Positions 1-12,840 of a DNA stretch of 64,000 nt are shown piece after piece (the first letter of the stretch is position 1; every line of letters begins with the position of its first letter). The translations under genes and the position numbers were made by a program. The stretch is from Octopus sinensis. Lineage: Eukaryota. Location: contig NC_043001.1 in assembly GCF_006345805.1 (NCBI RefSeq), positions 41,850,001-41,914,000 of the forward strand, read 5' to 3'. The notes beneath the pieces were generated by a model. It did no database searches. It was not told where the DNA came from and saw nothing but the letters and a program-made list of their open reading frames with translations.

Positions 1-423
1 AAATTTTGGGGAGGGGACAGGTCAATTACATTGATCCCAGTGCATAACTGATGCTTAATTTATTGACCCCGAAAGGATGAAAGGCAAAAATTGACCATGA
101 CAGAATCTGAACTCAGAACATAGCGGCAGATGAAATACTGCTAAGCATTTCACCCAGCATGCTAACGATTCTGCCAGCTTGCCACCATACATACAATAAT
201 TGCAATAATCCTTTCTACTAAAGGTACAAGGCTTGAAATTTGGGGAGGAGGGGACTTGTTGATTACATAAACGTCAGTGTTTCACTGGTACTTATTCTAT
301 CGATCCTGCAAGGATGAAAGGCAAAATCAACCTTGACGGAATTTGAACTCAGAATGCAGCAATGGGTGAAATACCGCTAAGCATTTCGTCCAGTGTGCTA
401 GCGATTCTGGTAGCTCGCTGCCT
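1..423 (-). mobile_element. Two tandem copies of a tRNA-derived SINE
   Basis: 1-185 and ~205-423 are mutually similar; A/B-box-like head (GGCAGAATCGTTAGC...GAGTTCAAATTCC) on the minus strand. Related copies near 10060-10220 and 11370-11560. Confidence 0.7.
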
Positions 424-811
424 TAATAATAATGAGAAGAATAAGAAGCTACTAGATAAAAAAAAATAAAAATAAACTTTGGAATACTTATAACTGGACA
501 TAAGAGAATTCTATGGATGTGCTAAATAGACATTCCTAATTCATCATCATCATTTAACATCCATTGTCCATGCTGGCATGGGTTCAACAGTTTGACCAAG
601 GCTGGTAAGCTAAGGGGCAACACCAGATTCCAGTCTAATTTGGTATGGTTTCTATGACTGGATGCCCTTCATAATGCCATCCACTACGAATTTATTCATA
701 GAACAATAAATTCAAGCAGAGAAACAACTTTAATTTGCTGGAATATAATATATATTAATTTTAAACATCAAATGAATTTTTTAAAGGAAGAAATTATTAT
801 AAAAAACCTAC

Positions 812-1178
812 CAGGAATATTGTATTCTTCCCAGTCCAATGAACAAGCCTCAACTGCTGGTTTAAACCCACAGAAATTTTCAATATCAGTCTTCTTCAGG
901 CTAACTGGTATGCCAAAGCTTGAACCACGAATTTTTTTGACTTTGTCAATTGTGGATATATGCCAATCTCGGAATTTAGTGCATAGATCGTCTCGTTGGA
1001 TAGGTGACAGTTTTGGATTTAGAGCAGCCAGTCGCCATAGTGTGACAATTTCATCACAGAAACTGGCTGCTGCATGTTGGGAAGCATTTGCACTACTGTT
1101 GCTGTTGCAGCGATTCACATGGTTACTGTTACCACTGTGAGAACTGGACATTTTGGTTGCAAACCACCAAACTAAAAT
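812..1178 (-). CDS. ZSWIM8: ZSWIM8 coding exon 9 (gene continues beyond window start)
   Basis: ILVWWFATKMSSSHSG...HAAASFCDEIVTLWRLAALNPKLSP...FCGFKPAVEACSLDWEEYNIP; ttctag/GTAGGT; 367 nt, phase 0 to 1; no stop codon. Confidence 0.93.
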
Positions 1179-1295
1179 CTAGAAAAAGAAAATTAAGATA
1201 AATCTTTAAAAAGAAACTGGTTAAAAAATTCAGCATTAATAAAAGCTGTAATTATTTGAAGATGATATTGCTAAGGGATCACTCTGTCTTTTTAT

Positions 1296-1507
1296 CTATT
1301 TTTTGTCTTTATTTACTTGTTTCAGTCATTAGACAGCAGCCATGCAGGGGCACTGACTTAGAGAATTTCTTAGTCAAATGAAATAACCTCGTTATTTATT
1401 TTTTTAAAGCCTGGTACTTATTGGTCTCTTTGGTGAACCACTAAGTTATAAGGACGTAAACACACTAGCACCAATGGCCAAGCAGTGGTACAGGACAAAC
1501 AGAAAAA

Positions 1508-1543
<36 letters not shown>

Positions 1544-1700
1544 ACAGGCTTTCTTCTGTTTCCATCAACTAAATCCACTAATGAGGCTTTGGTTGGCCTG
1601 AGGCTATAGTACACTTGCCCAAGATGTTATGCAGTAGGACTGAACCTTGAATCATGTGGTTGGGAGGCAAGCTTCTTACCACACAGCCATGCCTGGGCCT
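1296..1700 (-). mobile_element. Bipartite tRNA-derived SINE with internal (CA)n
   Basis: Head GGC..GGCTGTGTGGTAAGAAGCTTGC...GGTTCAGTCC, (CA)n, tail TGAAACAAGTAAA. Family pieces also at 4395-4560, 5440-5580, 35782-35990, 36489-36645, 40378-40530. Confidence 0.7.
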
Positions 1701-1823
1701 ATGTATTTCAATTTTTTAAAATAATCAAGAATTTAGAGGGATTTAGTAAAACAAATAACTTTGTTATTTTCCTTACATTACATTTTGATAGAATGTTTTA
1801 GTTGTGAACACTTTAAAATGAGT

Positions 1824-3847
1824 ATCATCATCATCATCATTTAACGTCCGCTTTCCATGCTAGCATGGGTTGGACGGTTCAACTGGGGTCTGGGGAGCCC
1901 GAAGGCTGCACCAGGCCAGTCAGATCTGGCAGTGTTTCTACAGCTGGATGCCCTTCCTAACGCCAACCACTCCGAGAGTGTAGTGGGTGATTTTATGTGC
2001 CACCGACACAGGTGCCAGACGAGGCTGGCGAACGGCCACGCTCGGATGGTGTTTTTTATGTGCCACCGACACAGGTGCCAGACGAGGCTGGCAGACGGCC
2101 ACGCTCGGATGGTGCTTTTATGTGCCACCGACACAGGTGCCAGATGAGGCTGGCAAACGGCCACGATCGGATGGTGTTTGTTATGTGCCCACAGCATGGA
2201 GGCCAGTCGATGCGGTACTGGCTACGGCCACGTTCGGATGGTTTTCTTGTGTGCCACTGGCACTGGTACCACAAGGATACAAATTCCATTGATGTTCATC
2301 TATTTTGATTTGATTTTCACTTGCCTCAGCAGGTCTTCACAAGTGTCACAAGAAGGAAGGTATGCACAGGTGGACTGACTACGTCCCAGGTAGGGGCCAC
2401 GGGTTATGGCCTGACTAGTCTTGCCGGGTCTTCTCACGTACAGCATACTTCCATAGGTCTCGGTCTCTAGTCATTTCCTTGGTGATACCTAAAGTTCGAA
2501 GGTCGTGCTTCACCACCTCGTCCCAGGTTTTCCTGGGTCTACCTCTTCTACAGGTTCCCTCAACTGCTAGGGTGTAGCACTTTTGCAAACAACTATCTTC
2601 AGCCATTCTCGTCACATGACCATACCAGCGCAGCCGTCTCTCTTGCACACCACAACTGACGCTTCTTAGGTTCAACTTTTCTCTCAAGGTACTTACACTC
2701 TGACGATTATGAACACTGACATTACACATCCATCGGAGCATACTGGCTTCATTTCTTGCGAGCTTACGCATATCCTCAGCAGTCACGGCCCATGTTTCAC
2801 TACCATGTAGCATGGCTGTACGTACACATGCATCATACAGTCTGCCTTTTACTCTGAGCGAGAGGCCTTTTGTCACCAGCAGGGGTAAGAGCTCTCTAAA
2901 CTTTGCCCAGGCTATTCTTACTCTAGCAGTTACACTTTCAGCACACCCACCCCCGCTACTGACTTGGTCTCCTAGGTAGCGGAAGCTATCAACTACTTCT
3001 AGTTTGTCTCCCTGGAACGTGGTAGAAGTTGGTCTCTGCACATTTCCAGTGTTTATTGCTCCTGAGCATCTGCCACAGACAAAAACTATTTTCCTAGTTA
3101 GCCTTCCTTTGACATTGCTGCACCTCTTATGTGTTCATAGCTTACACTTGGTGCACCTTATAGAGTTTCTACCTACACCTTTTTTACAGATCGAGCAGGG
3201 CCATCTACCTGAAGTCGTTTGTGATTGGTCCACCTTCCTACTTATTAGGACTTTGGTTTTGGCTAGGTTGATTCTAAGGCCCTTCGATTCTAATCCTTGT
3301 TTCCACACCTGAAACTTCTCCTCCAGTTCTGATAGTGACTCAGCAATTAGAGCAAGGTCATCAGCATAGAGGAGCTCCCAGGGGCATCCTGTCTTGAATT
3401 CCTCCGTTATTGCCTGGAAGACTATGATAAATAGGAGGGGACTGAGGACTGAACCTTGGTGGACCCCAACCTCTACCCGGAATTCTTCACTGTACTCGTT
3501 GCCAACCCTCACCTTACTAGCAGCGTCTCTGTACATGGCTCGCACAGCTCTCACTAACCATTCATCTATCCCTAGTTTCCTCATTGACCACCAGATAAGG
3601 GATCGGGGGACCCTGTCAAAGGCTTTCTCCAAGTCAACAAAAGCCAGGTACAAGGGCTTATCTTTGGCTAGGTATTTCTCCTGCAGCTGTCTTACCAGGA
3701 ATATAGCATCAGTAGTACTTTTGCCTGGCACGAACCCAAACTGCATATCATCTAAGCTAACTCTCTCTCTAATTAATTGGGCTATAACCCTCTCCGTAAC
3801 CTTCATTACCTGATCCAGCAGCTTGATACCCCTGTAGTTATTTGTAT
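1824..3847 (-). mobile_element. RTE LINE copy 1, 5'-truncated, with (GAT)n tail and tandem-repeat 3'UTR
   Basis: RT ORFs 3135-3854 and 2415-3041 (AFVDLEKAFD, GVHQGSVLSP, YADD); tail ATCATCATC at 1824. Confidence 0.93.
1996..2260 (-). repeat. 62-63 bp tandem repeat array in RTE 3'UTR
   Basis: TGTGCCACC starts at 1996, 2059 and 2121, with a degenerate unit at 2184; the homologous array has starts at 18121, 18183, 18245 and 18307. Confidence 0.95.
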
Positions 3848-4070
3848 TTTGCATTTTTGAACCAGATGGTTTCAGGTAGGTTGATATTAAAAAGGCTAAG
3901 GTAAAATGAATAAAATGACACTTTCATCCACTTTTAATCTTTAATTTTCAAAACAGTAGAAAAAAATGTACATGAGACTAAATCATATGAGTAATCAAGA
4001 GGATTTGGCATCACAGACACAAAACAAATAAATAAAAAAAGTAAAAAATAAAAACCTTTCCTTAACTTAC

Positions 4071-4266
4071 CTGTTCACATTGTAGAACTTCATCTGTGAG
4101 TATCTCAAGAAGTGGGACGGCGTTATTGTCACTGCGACGGAACATCTCGCGTACTATGGAAAGTAAATTCCACATACCTTCTGGTTCTCGACCACGTAGT
4201 GGTCTCAATAAGCTCTGCCATTCTGCAGCAGCTGGTGGTGCTGATGAAGACAAATAGTTCACATCA
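4071..4266 (-). CDS. ZSWIM8: ZSWIM8 coding exon 8
   Basis: DVNYLSSSAPPAAAEWQSLLRPLRGREPEGMWNLLSIVREMFRRSDNNAVPLLEILTDEVLQCEQ; tttcag/GTAAGT; 196 nt, phase 2 to 0. Confidence 0.95.
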
Positions 4267-5875
4267 CTGAAATATAAATAAAAAAAAAAAAAAGAATATT
4301 AACCGTTTTTCAACCCCAAATTCAACACAAAAATTTTGCTAAATGCAAATTTCACATCTTATAAATACTATGAAAGTGAAGCTAAGAGATAATAGGTGCA
4401 GACACAGCTGCATGGTTAAGAAATTCACTTCCCAACTACATGGTTTCAAGCTCATTCCAACAGTGTGACACCATGGGCATGTGTCTTCTCATATAAACCT
4501 AGCCAACCAAAGCCTTGTGAATGGATTTGTAGACAGAAACTGAAAGACTCCCAATGTATATATGTATGTGTATGGGTGTTTGTATCTTGACATTATCCGA
4601 TGGTTGTAAACAAGTGTCACTGTTGCATTGTTTGCTTTGCCAATCACTTTTCAAAGTGTACTCAATGCTTTTTTTCATGGCACCAGTGCTAATGAGGTTG
4701 CCTTATAATTCAGAAGATTAAAGGGCTTCCACAAATGAGAAAGAAATTAGGAGATCGGGTCTTTAGGTTAGGTGCTAAGGAGTTAAAGTATAACAAAAGG
4801 AACAAGATATATTGTTGTGAGAGGATGGTATTGGAAAAACTAACAGGGTCAGTGTTAGGGAAGAGAGTAACAGAAAAGAAGGAAAAAGAGTAGTGTTTGT
4901 GTGTGAGAGAAAGTAAGGAGGACAGTGAGGTGGGTTGAGTAGGAGGAGATTTGAGGCTACCTCACATCATATACTGGTACCTCACATTATATACTGGTAG
5001 AAGAAATTGGTATTGAAAGAGATAAAGGTGATGGCATGAAGGAGCAAGGGTATACTCCCAAGGTAACCGGTCAAGAAGGTGAGTAAAAGAATCAGGAAGG
5101 GTCGGTAAATGTTGCAAAAGTGTATGGAAAGAGAGTGAGTGATGAATAAGAAATAGGGGTAGTGGTGGTTGATGGTAAGAACAAAGGATGTCAATAGGAA
5201 GTGGCTAAGAGGAGAGGGAGTGATGACTGGCAGTATAATATTCATCATTTAATGTCCACTTTTCCATGCTTGCATGGATCAGAAGTTTACAGAAGTAGAT
5301 TTTCTACAGCCAGATGACCTTTCTGTCACCAATCCTTAGCTGTTTTCAAGCAAGACATGTTTTTTGCAGAATAGTCGAAATGAATGACACTCATTTATAG
5401 CAATCACATGATATCAAAACAATCAGACTCAAACATATACACACTCACACATACATATATGAAGGGCTTCTTTCAGCTTCAGTCTACCAAATCTACTCAC
5501 AAAGCTTTAGTTGGCCCAGAACTGAATCCCAAACCATATAGTTAAGACGTTTACTTCTTAACCACAAAGCCACAACTGCACTTGTGAGACAAATACAAAA
5601 AGTGGTGGAAACGAAAATGATGACTATAAAACTACAGAAAAGCGATAATATTGGTTTATAAATAGAATTATAAATAAAGCATGAAGTTGGTTAATTTTTT
5701 GCATGGTAACTGAATTTATAACACATTTGGTGGAAACAGAAAATGGATTTCATTTCTCAATATATTTCTTCGTTTTTCTATACTTGTTTTTAATACATAC
5801 AATTCTAGCCTATATTTATGCATGTGCTTACAACTATTATTCTATATTTGAAGAATATTACAAGCACTTACTTAC

Positions 5876-5996
5876 CTAAAGACCATTGGTGTGGGGAGAC
5901 AATGTTTCACAAGTGTTTTTTTGATGTTTTCATGCAGTGTATCAGGATCCAAGCACCAAGATGTCTGTTCACTAGCAGATGGACCAGCAGTTGGAT
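5876..5996 (-). CDS. ZSWIM8: ZSWIM8 coding exon 7
   Basis: DPTAGPSASEQTSWCLDPDTLHENIKKTLVKHCLPTPMVF(S); caacag/GTAAGT; 121 nt, phase 1 to 2. Confidence 0.93.
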
Positions 5997-6404
5997 CTGT
6001 TGAAATAATACATAGGTTACAAAGATTAAAACAAATTAATCATAAACTAGCTTTAATATATCAGTTTTAATAATATGTGAATCTCAAGTCCTAGCATTTA
6101 TTTAACCTTGATCAGAGTTTTGTCTCTTTTTACTTGTTACAAAATAGATCTATTTACCTATCTACTGACAATTTATCTTCAGCTATTTCCCCATACTGCC
6201 AGTAAAAACTGTGTCCACACACCCTTAAACTTGATTATAAATAAGGAGAATTTCATTTAGTAAAAAGAGAAAAAATGACATGGTGCAACCCTTGCACAAC
6301 TTCCAGGTTGCTGATATTAATGCAGCTCGAATGGTTTTGTAAAAATATGAGAAAAGTCAAAGATTTCTTTTTATCAATATTTAAAATACAAAGAAAAATC
6401 TCAC

Positions 6405-6486
6405 CAGGAGCACCATAAACAGTGTTCATAGCAGTTTCTTGAGATGAGAGAAGTTCATCTAAGAGTTTTTGTGCTGTAGGAAGAAT
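6405..6486 (-). CDS. ZSWIM8: ZSWIM8 coding exon 6
   Basis: ILPTAQKLLDELLSSQETAMNTVYGAP; cctttcag/GTGAGA; 82 nt, phase 0 to 1. Confidence 0.93.
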
Positions 6487-7739
6487 CTGAAAGGAAACAA
6501 AGCATTCAATAAAAATGTTAGGTTGGGGCTAAAAACAAGATAGTGACTTAAAGCATTTTTAAATAGTGACTTAAAGCATTTGGCGTTAGGAAGGGCATCC
6601 AGCCGTAGAAACAGATCTGACTGGGCCTGATGAAGCCTTCCAGCTTCACAGACCCCAGTTGAACCGTCCAACCCATGCTAGCATGGAGAACGGACGCTAA
6701 ATGATGATGATGATGATGATGATGAAATTAATACAAGTAATGAAGACAAAAATTATTAGCTTTAACAAATTATTCTTGTCAAGAAAGGTAAGAGAAACAA
6801 CTCTTAAATCCAATTAAAATTGGGCATGCAGTAGGGAGTGAATATTTGGCTAATTCACGATTCACTTCCCGGTGCATGTCCAATTTTTAGTTGTCTTTAA
6901 ACTGGCAAAAACTCTGAAGACAATTTAGTTTTCTAAGACCTCCTCAGTGATGTATAAGTTTTACTTATAATTCTAGACACCCAAGAGACTATATAAATTT
7001 TTATTGAAGAATGTTCAATTATAAAACAAGGTAAAATTTTATAGAAGTCCTTCTGTTTGGAGAACTCCATGAAAAGTTGTGGTTAGGGTAACAAAACAAA
7101 GATATAAACTTTTTTTTGTGATTTCGATAAGAGAGATAAATACTAATTTAATCAATTTAAAATCCCATAGTGTATGTAAATATATAGTATTTAGCAGCTT
7201 AGCATTGGTTTTTTTAATATGCTGAATCCAAAAATAGTATTAATTTTGCAATCTGACTTTCCAATATGGGAGCCAAAATACACAATTTTTCCAAGAAATC
7301 AGTAGCTGCTACCAAGAATGTCATGTGATATGTCTTTATAAATGTTTTTGAGATTATAGAACACAAATTTGATGTAGAATAAACAGTTTAATAACAAATA
7401 ATTAAGTAATTTAATTTTACAAAAGAAAAAAACATTTTTCGAGTTCCATAATTCATCATCATCATTTAATGTCCGTTGTCTATGCTGGCATGGTTTGGAC
7501 AGTTTGACTAGGGCTGGCAAGCTGGAAGCCCTTCCTAATGCCAACCACTCCAAGAGTGTAACGGGCACTTTTACATGCCACCAGTATCTGCCACACAATA
7601 CAATGAACCTCATACCAAGTTATTCAATGCATGATTTTTCAAAATATCTGAGTTGGCTGTTTGTTATCTATCCACTGCAGTGTTGGTGATTTTCTTCTCC
7701 AGTCCCTCCACCATTACCTACTACTGGCAGTTATTCCAT

Positions 7740-9290
7740 TCTTTAATGATGCCAGGCACTCCCCACCCACCTGCCAGGTTTGGTGAGTTTGGTATATTGC
7801 CTGAATGCCCCAGACACTTGACGTTCAATCAGATCAGCTGACTCAGATTTAACTTGGAAAGAAGATGTTAATTTGAGTTGCTTAGCATCTTGACAACTCA
7901 ACTTGTAGCTGATAAATCCCACACTGCATTCTGAGTCAAGATTGTGAATGGGAGCTCTCTCTAGTTTAGCTAAATCCATGTTTGTTAGAGAATGGGGAGA
8001 CTGATGATGTTTCCAAAACCTAACAGAACTTCCTTCTGGTTCTGGAAACCTTCTGCTAACTTTGGAAGAAACCTTGACAGTACTTTTAAAAACCTCTGGC
8101 TTCAACTTGATTGCAATATCTTCATTATAGCTGGTTTCCTAGAAACTGCCTGAAGATATGAAACTGAGTGCAGGATTATGTACATTTTAGCAGTTGGTTT
8201 GGATCCACAGTGGAAAGGTCATCATAAAGTTGTTTGAAAGCAGGTACAAGTTTTGAGTAGGTTGTGTTTGTTGAAGTGGTGAGTGAGAGGAATGGTTCAA
8301 CAAGGTGCAATCCAATCAGTGCTCCTGTGCAATAAAAGACTTTGAGGAACTCCAGATCTATGAAACATCAAACAATATGAGCCAGTTGGTTTGTAACATG
8401 CTCATATTTTGCCAAATACGATGCCACATAATCCAGGTGGAACAAAGTTATTCCACATGTCAAAATGAAACGGTTAAAGCGTTCATTCTTCAGGGCAACA
8501 AATTTATTAACCCTTGGTTGAGTGAGAATGTCGAATTCACTGGCTTTGTTCCAGGACTTGTGATCAAAATGATGATTGATTAATCTTGTTATGCAATCAA
8601 GAGCCTGTTCAGTGACACTGGATGAGCTTGATGTTGCATTCACAAGAAAACTCAAATAAATTTTGTCTTGTCCAATTGTGTTCTCAATGTCACTCCACAG
8701 TTTAGTTATTAAACTGAACATAACTGAAGGGTGCACATTGCAAAACAGATGTTCAGGTATGTGTTCTGTGCTGAGATTTCCTGCTATAATCTCTTCAACC
8801 CCAACATTGTGTGATGTTTGATCTGAGATAATAAAATCAATTTTTTCAAATAGTGTTTCAACTAGAATATTACTTGCTGCTTCTAGCAGCAAAAGTACAG
8901 TCACTTTCAAATCAGCCAGGTTATTTTTTGTTTCTGATGCTACAAGCAGAATTGGCAGAGGTCTGTAATGACCATTAATAGTCAACCCCAGGACGGAGAA
9001 AGATCTAGCTCCCTGTTTTTTTAGATCCATCACTAGAATAAGTAATGACTAACTTTTTATCAGAAGAGATCATCTCTTTTACGATTTCATCCAGTGCCAA
9101 GAGTTCAATATTTTTACCAGCCTCCCAAATGTTTCGGGGTGCAGGTAAAGTGTCTAGATCCATAAAATCTGCCTGATCATGTGCCTTCCAAATTCTACTG
9201 AACAGTTTATTACCCACTATTATCAAAGCCACTTCCGCTTGTTTTTGAGACATATGGTTTACAATGTTAGTTTTGAGGTGCTATTTGGAC
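7740..9290 (-). mobile_element. Decayed DDE-type transposase of unresolved superfamily
   Basis: Frameshifted ORFs 9005-9253, 8368-9033 and 7743-8105 give ITYSSDGS, FIISDQT, HLFCNVH (CxxH) and HNLDSE(C)SVG, the order expected for D, D, CxxH, E. Confidence 0.6.
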
Positions 9291-9752
9291 CCAACCACAA
9301 CTTTTGAGGGGGTTCAGATAAAAAAGTAGGGTTAACATTCCCACCTACTTAGGCAAGAAGTATAAAACTATATAGACATGTAAATTTATGGTAAAGAAAC
9401 AATGGAAGACATTTTATAAAATTCTGAAACATTCTTCCCTTTCGTTTTTTTTTAAAGATACTTAAAAAATTTCATCAAGTTTCTTACTAGCATATATAAG
9501 TTTACAGAAACTGGTCTAAATTGCATACTGTCTTAATTTTAACTTGTCAAGAACGATGCAGAAAAATGAAAAAAAAACGTTCCAGATAAATATAAAAAAC
9601 AGTTGCAACACTCAGACACAATAGAAACAAAACAGTTGTGATTAGATAATTCAATGATAATTGAGAAATAAAGACTGACTTAACAGCCCAATTCTGAATG
9701 ACAATTTTTTCAGAGTATACATGAAAAATGTATATATAAATATAAAAATTAC

Positions 9753-9860
9753 CTGCTGTGGCAGCTCGCTAATCAAATACTGAGCAAATTTCTGCAATTG
9801 GTCTCTACGCAATCTTGAAAGTGATTCAGACACAGGAGCCCGCAAACAAACTGAATGAGA
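9753..9860 (-). CDS. ZSWIM8: ZSWIM8 coding exon 5
   Basis: SHSVCLRAPVSESLSRLRRDQLQKFAQYLISELPQQ; ttttccag/GTAATT; 108 nt, phase 0. Confidence 0.95.
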
Positions 9861-12137
9861 CTGGAAAAAAGATGTGGAAAATCTCCTTTACAACACCCTA
9901 ATCCAGTTAACAATGTGATAATTTAAGCAAATTGCTTTTGTCAAGGAAAGTCAATGTTTTAGTAATATATAAAAACTTTTGTTCACAGGATACTGAGAGA
10001 CAAACCAGAAAGATCTGTAAATGGTATAGATATAAAACCTGTGTATCATTATAGAACAAGTGCAAGGTGGCGAGTTGGCAGAATCGTTAGCATGCTGGAT
10101 AGACTTTGCCTTTCATCTTTTTGGGGTTGATAAATTAAGCACCAGTTGAGTAGTAGGGTTGATGTAATCAACTTAACCACTGCCCCCAAATTTCAGGCCT
10201 TGTACTTATAGTAGAAAAAATTATAGAACAGATGCATGCAAGTTCAAGCTGATAGGCTCTCACATAACAGAAGACTTTGGGAGGTGAAATATACTTAACT
10301 GAAGTCAAGTTTTCATATGGCATAAATAAATGTTTGTATGAAAAGTGATGCAAAGAATTATATCATATAGAACTATCGTTCCTTTGCTTCCTTTTACAGT
10401 ACACTTTTGAGCAAGTAAAAATACTATTGTGCACTTGGTGCAATAAAGTAAAAAAAACAAAGGAATTTAAAAGATATGTATATATTTCATCCCAAACTAC
10501 AGAACTACTATTAAGTACAAATTTCTTTATGGACTAAATGAGGCATACCTATCAGTGAGAAACATGAACTTGATGATATGTGTTAAGGAGAGAGGACATA
10601 CTTATGACACACAAATGTGCTGTGGTAAACTATTTAGGAACTACAGGAGTAGAGGAAAGCTAGGCATTTGTTAGAGTTTGATTTCATTGTACATGACATA
10701 TTTAAGTGAACAATGTCAAATAGTAGATAAAATGTAGAGGAATAGAGTACAAGATAACACAGTAAATGATAAAAGACAAATTCAGAAGGAATTAAATAAA
10801 GAAGATATCAAGTAAGCTCTTTTTTCATAGAAGTTTAAACATTAAGCTTAACTGGAAGAGAAGCAAAGAAGGGATTGCAAACGAAGGCATGGAATATTAT
10901 TGAGGCTGTGAGTATGGCCATTAGAGGAAGTGTGTCTTATGTGATACTGACAATCTGCCCTCACTGACAAAGAGTATAAGTGAGAGGCATAAATGAGAGT
11001 GTAAAGAAGACAAGAGAACTAAAAATGAAGTTAACAACAAAGATGAAGTAGGAGTCAGAATAGATTGTGAGACCTATTGAGGAAATGCACAGAAACTAAA
11101 AAACAAAGCCTTGACCTACAGATCATTGTCAAGATATTCAGGATGGATGATTGGATGAACTTTTTTATAATGATGACGATTTTTAGTGAAAAATTAATTC
11201 AACTGCTATAGAACAAATTTGCAATTTGGAAGAGTTGGCTTGAATTAAAAGGTTTGAAATAGCCATGGTGATATTAAATAGCAGAAACCATCAACAAGCT
11301 GCAAAAATGTATGGCTGGCAATAAAGAGTTCTATCTGTTCAAAAAGGTAGACTATATGATAAGTTGTTAGAATGCCCAGTGGTATTTGTTCTGACTCCCT
11401 ACACGGGTTCAAATCCCACTGAGATCAGTTCCACCTTTCATCCTTTCAGGGATCAATAGAAAAGTACCAATTAAGACAGCGGACTGGCAGAATTGTTAGC
11501 ATTGGATGAGATAACTTGTGGAATCTGTTCTAGTACTGAATTCAAATCCTACCTTGTCACTGTAAAATGGTTGACACTTCTGTCAGAAGCTGTGAAAGAC
11601 ATACAACATCAACAATTTTAAAAAGTAACGGAAACCTGGATTCTTTGGTTTGATTAGAGGATCAAATGTCACCACAAGAGATTTAGATATATAAATTGTA
11701 CAAAATAAATGTAGTAGAACTGAATGTCTAAAGATGAATGGGTTGGTGGCCATGCATTGAGAACTTTAAGGGATAGGTCAAGCACAACGAGTTGATAAAT
11801 AAATAAATGTAATGCAAGAGAGAAAGGTATATGGGTAATGAAGATAAATGAAGTATAGGCAATGAACATAAATGAAGTATAGTGAAATGGTAGTGAAAAG
11901 CAGAGTAAAATTTGACTAAAGAAAACTTGGAGGAAACAGATTAGAACTAAGAAGTGCAAGTATTGCAGATAAGTTAACAATGAATAGTGATACATAGAAA
12001 ACAGTATTATAGGTAAAATCTACTTATCCCAGGATAAGAAATGGTAATGAAAATGAGAATACACCATCACCACCTGTTCAAAAGACAAAATAACTGTAAC
12101 TAGTAAATAAGGTGAATGACTTAGACTATCTCTTTAC

Positions 12138-12310
12138 CTGATGAATCCTATATAAACATAAAGCTACTACATGAGAGCACCATGCTGTGCTTCCACAAGT
12201 ACACATACAAGAAGTGATTCGTCTTCTGTCAAATACAACTGCGACATTGTATGAGCCTTTACCCTGAGTTGAGCTTTGGGAGGGATCTACAGTTGCACTG
12301 AGATGAAAAC
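12138..12310 (-). CDS. ZSWIM8: ZSWIM8 coding exon 4 (SWIM zinc finger)
   Basis: (G)FHLSATVDPSQSSTQGKGSYNVAVVFDRRRITSCMCTCGSTAWCSHVVALCLYRIHQ contains the SWIM CxC..CxH motif; ttcag/GTAAAG sites; 173 nt, phase 1 to 0. Confidence 0.95.
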
Positions 12311-12745
12311 CTGAAATAATATGAATGAAATAAAAACTAGTATAAAAAGCAGATAACTGATGACATTGAATAGGTCATATCAGGTACAAAAGTTTGACAA
12401 ATACAAAAAATATGGATAGTTTATCAGAGAATAACTCAAAGAACACAAAACCATAAAGGAAATTAAATATAATAAGCATTATAATGTTCTTTTTTTGGAG
12501 TGTTAAAGACTATCTACCCTCCCCTTCTAGTTAGTGAAGCTGGTGTGACTTATGTTTGTTATGAATATCTAGATTAACATCAAAAAGAAAATTTAAGCAG
12601 CCAAAGAATGCCAGAAAGTTTCAGTGCTAGGAAGTAATGATTGGCAAAAGTTTGACTGAAAACAGAATTTTTGACAGAATCAAATAAATTTAATTAACAA
12701 TGGAAAAGTAATAAAATCATAGTAAAAGGAAAGCTTAATACACAC

Positions 12746-12840
12746 CAATTTGCAATGCTTCTTTCACAGCTTTCATTTTATACAAGTGTTCTCCCTTTTG
12801 GAATTCATCAGAACTGCCATTGGCCAGGCAAGAATACAAC
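12746..12840 (-). CDS. ZSWIM8: ZSWIM8 coding exon 3
   Basis: TAG acceptor; (R)LYSCLANGSSDEFQKGEHLYKMKAVKEALQI(G); GT donor; 95 nt, phase 2 to 1. Confidence 0.93.

Noticed and set aside
6820-9355. Candidate TIRs for the DDE fossil (GTAGGGAGTGAATATT vs GTAGGTGGGAATGTT)
   Set aside because: The similarity is too short and degenerate, with no TSD, to define the ends.
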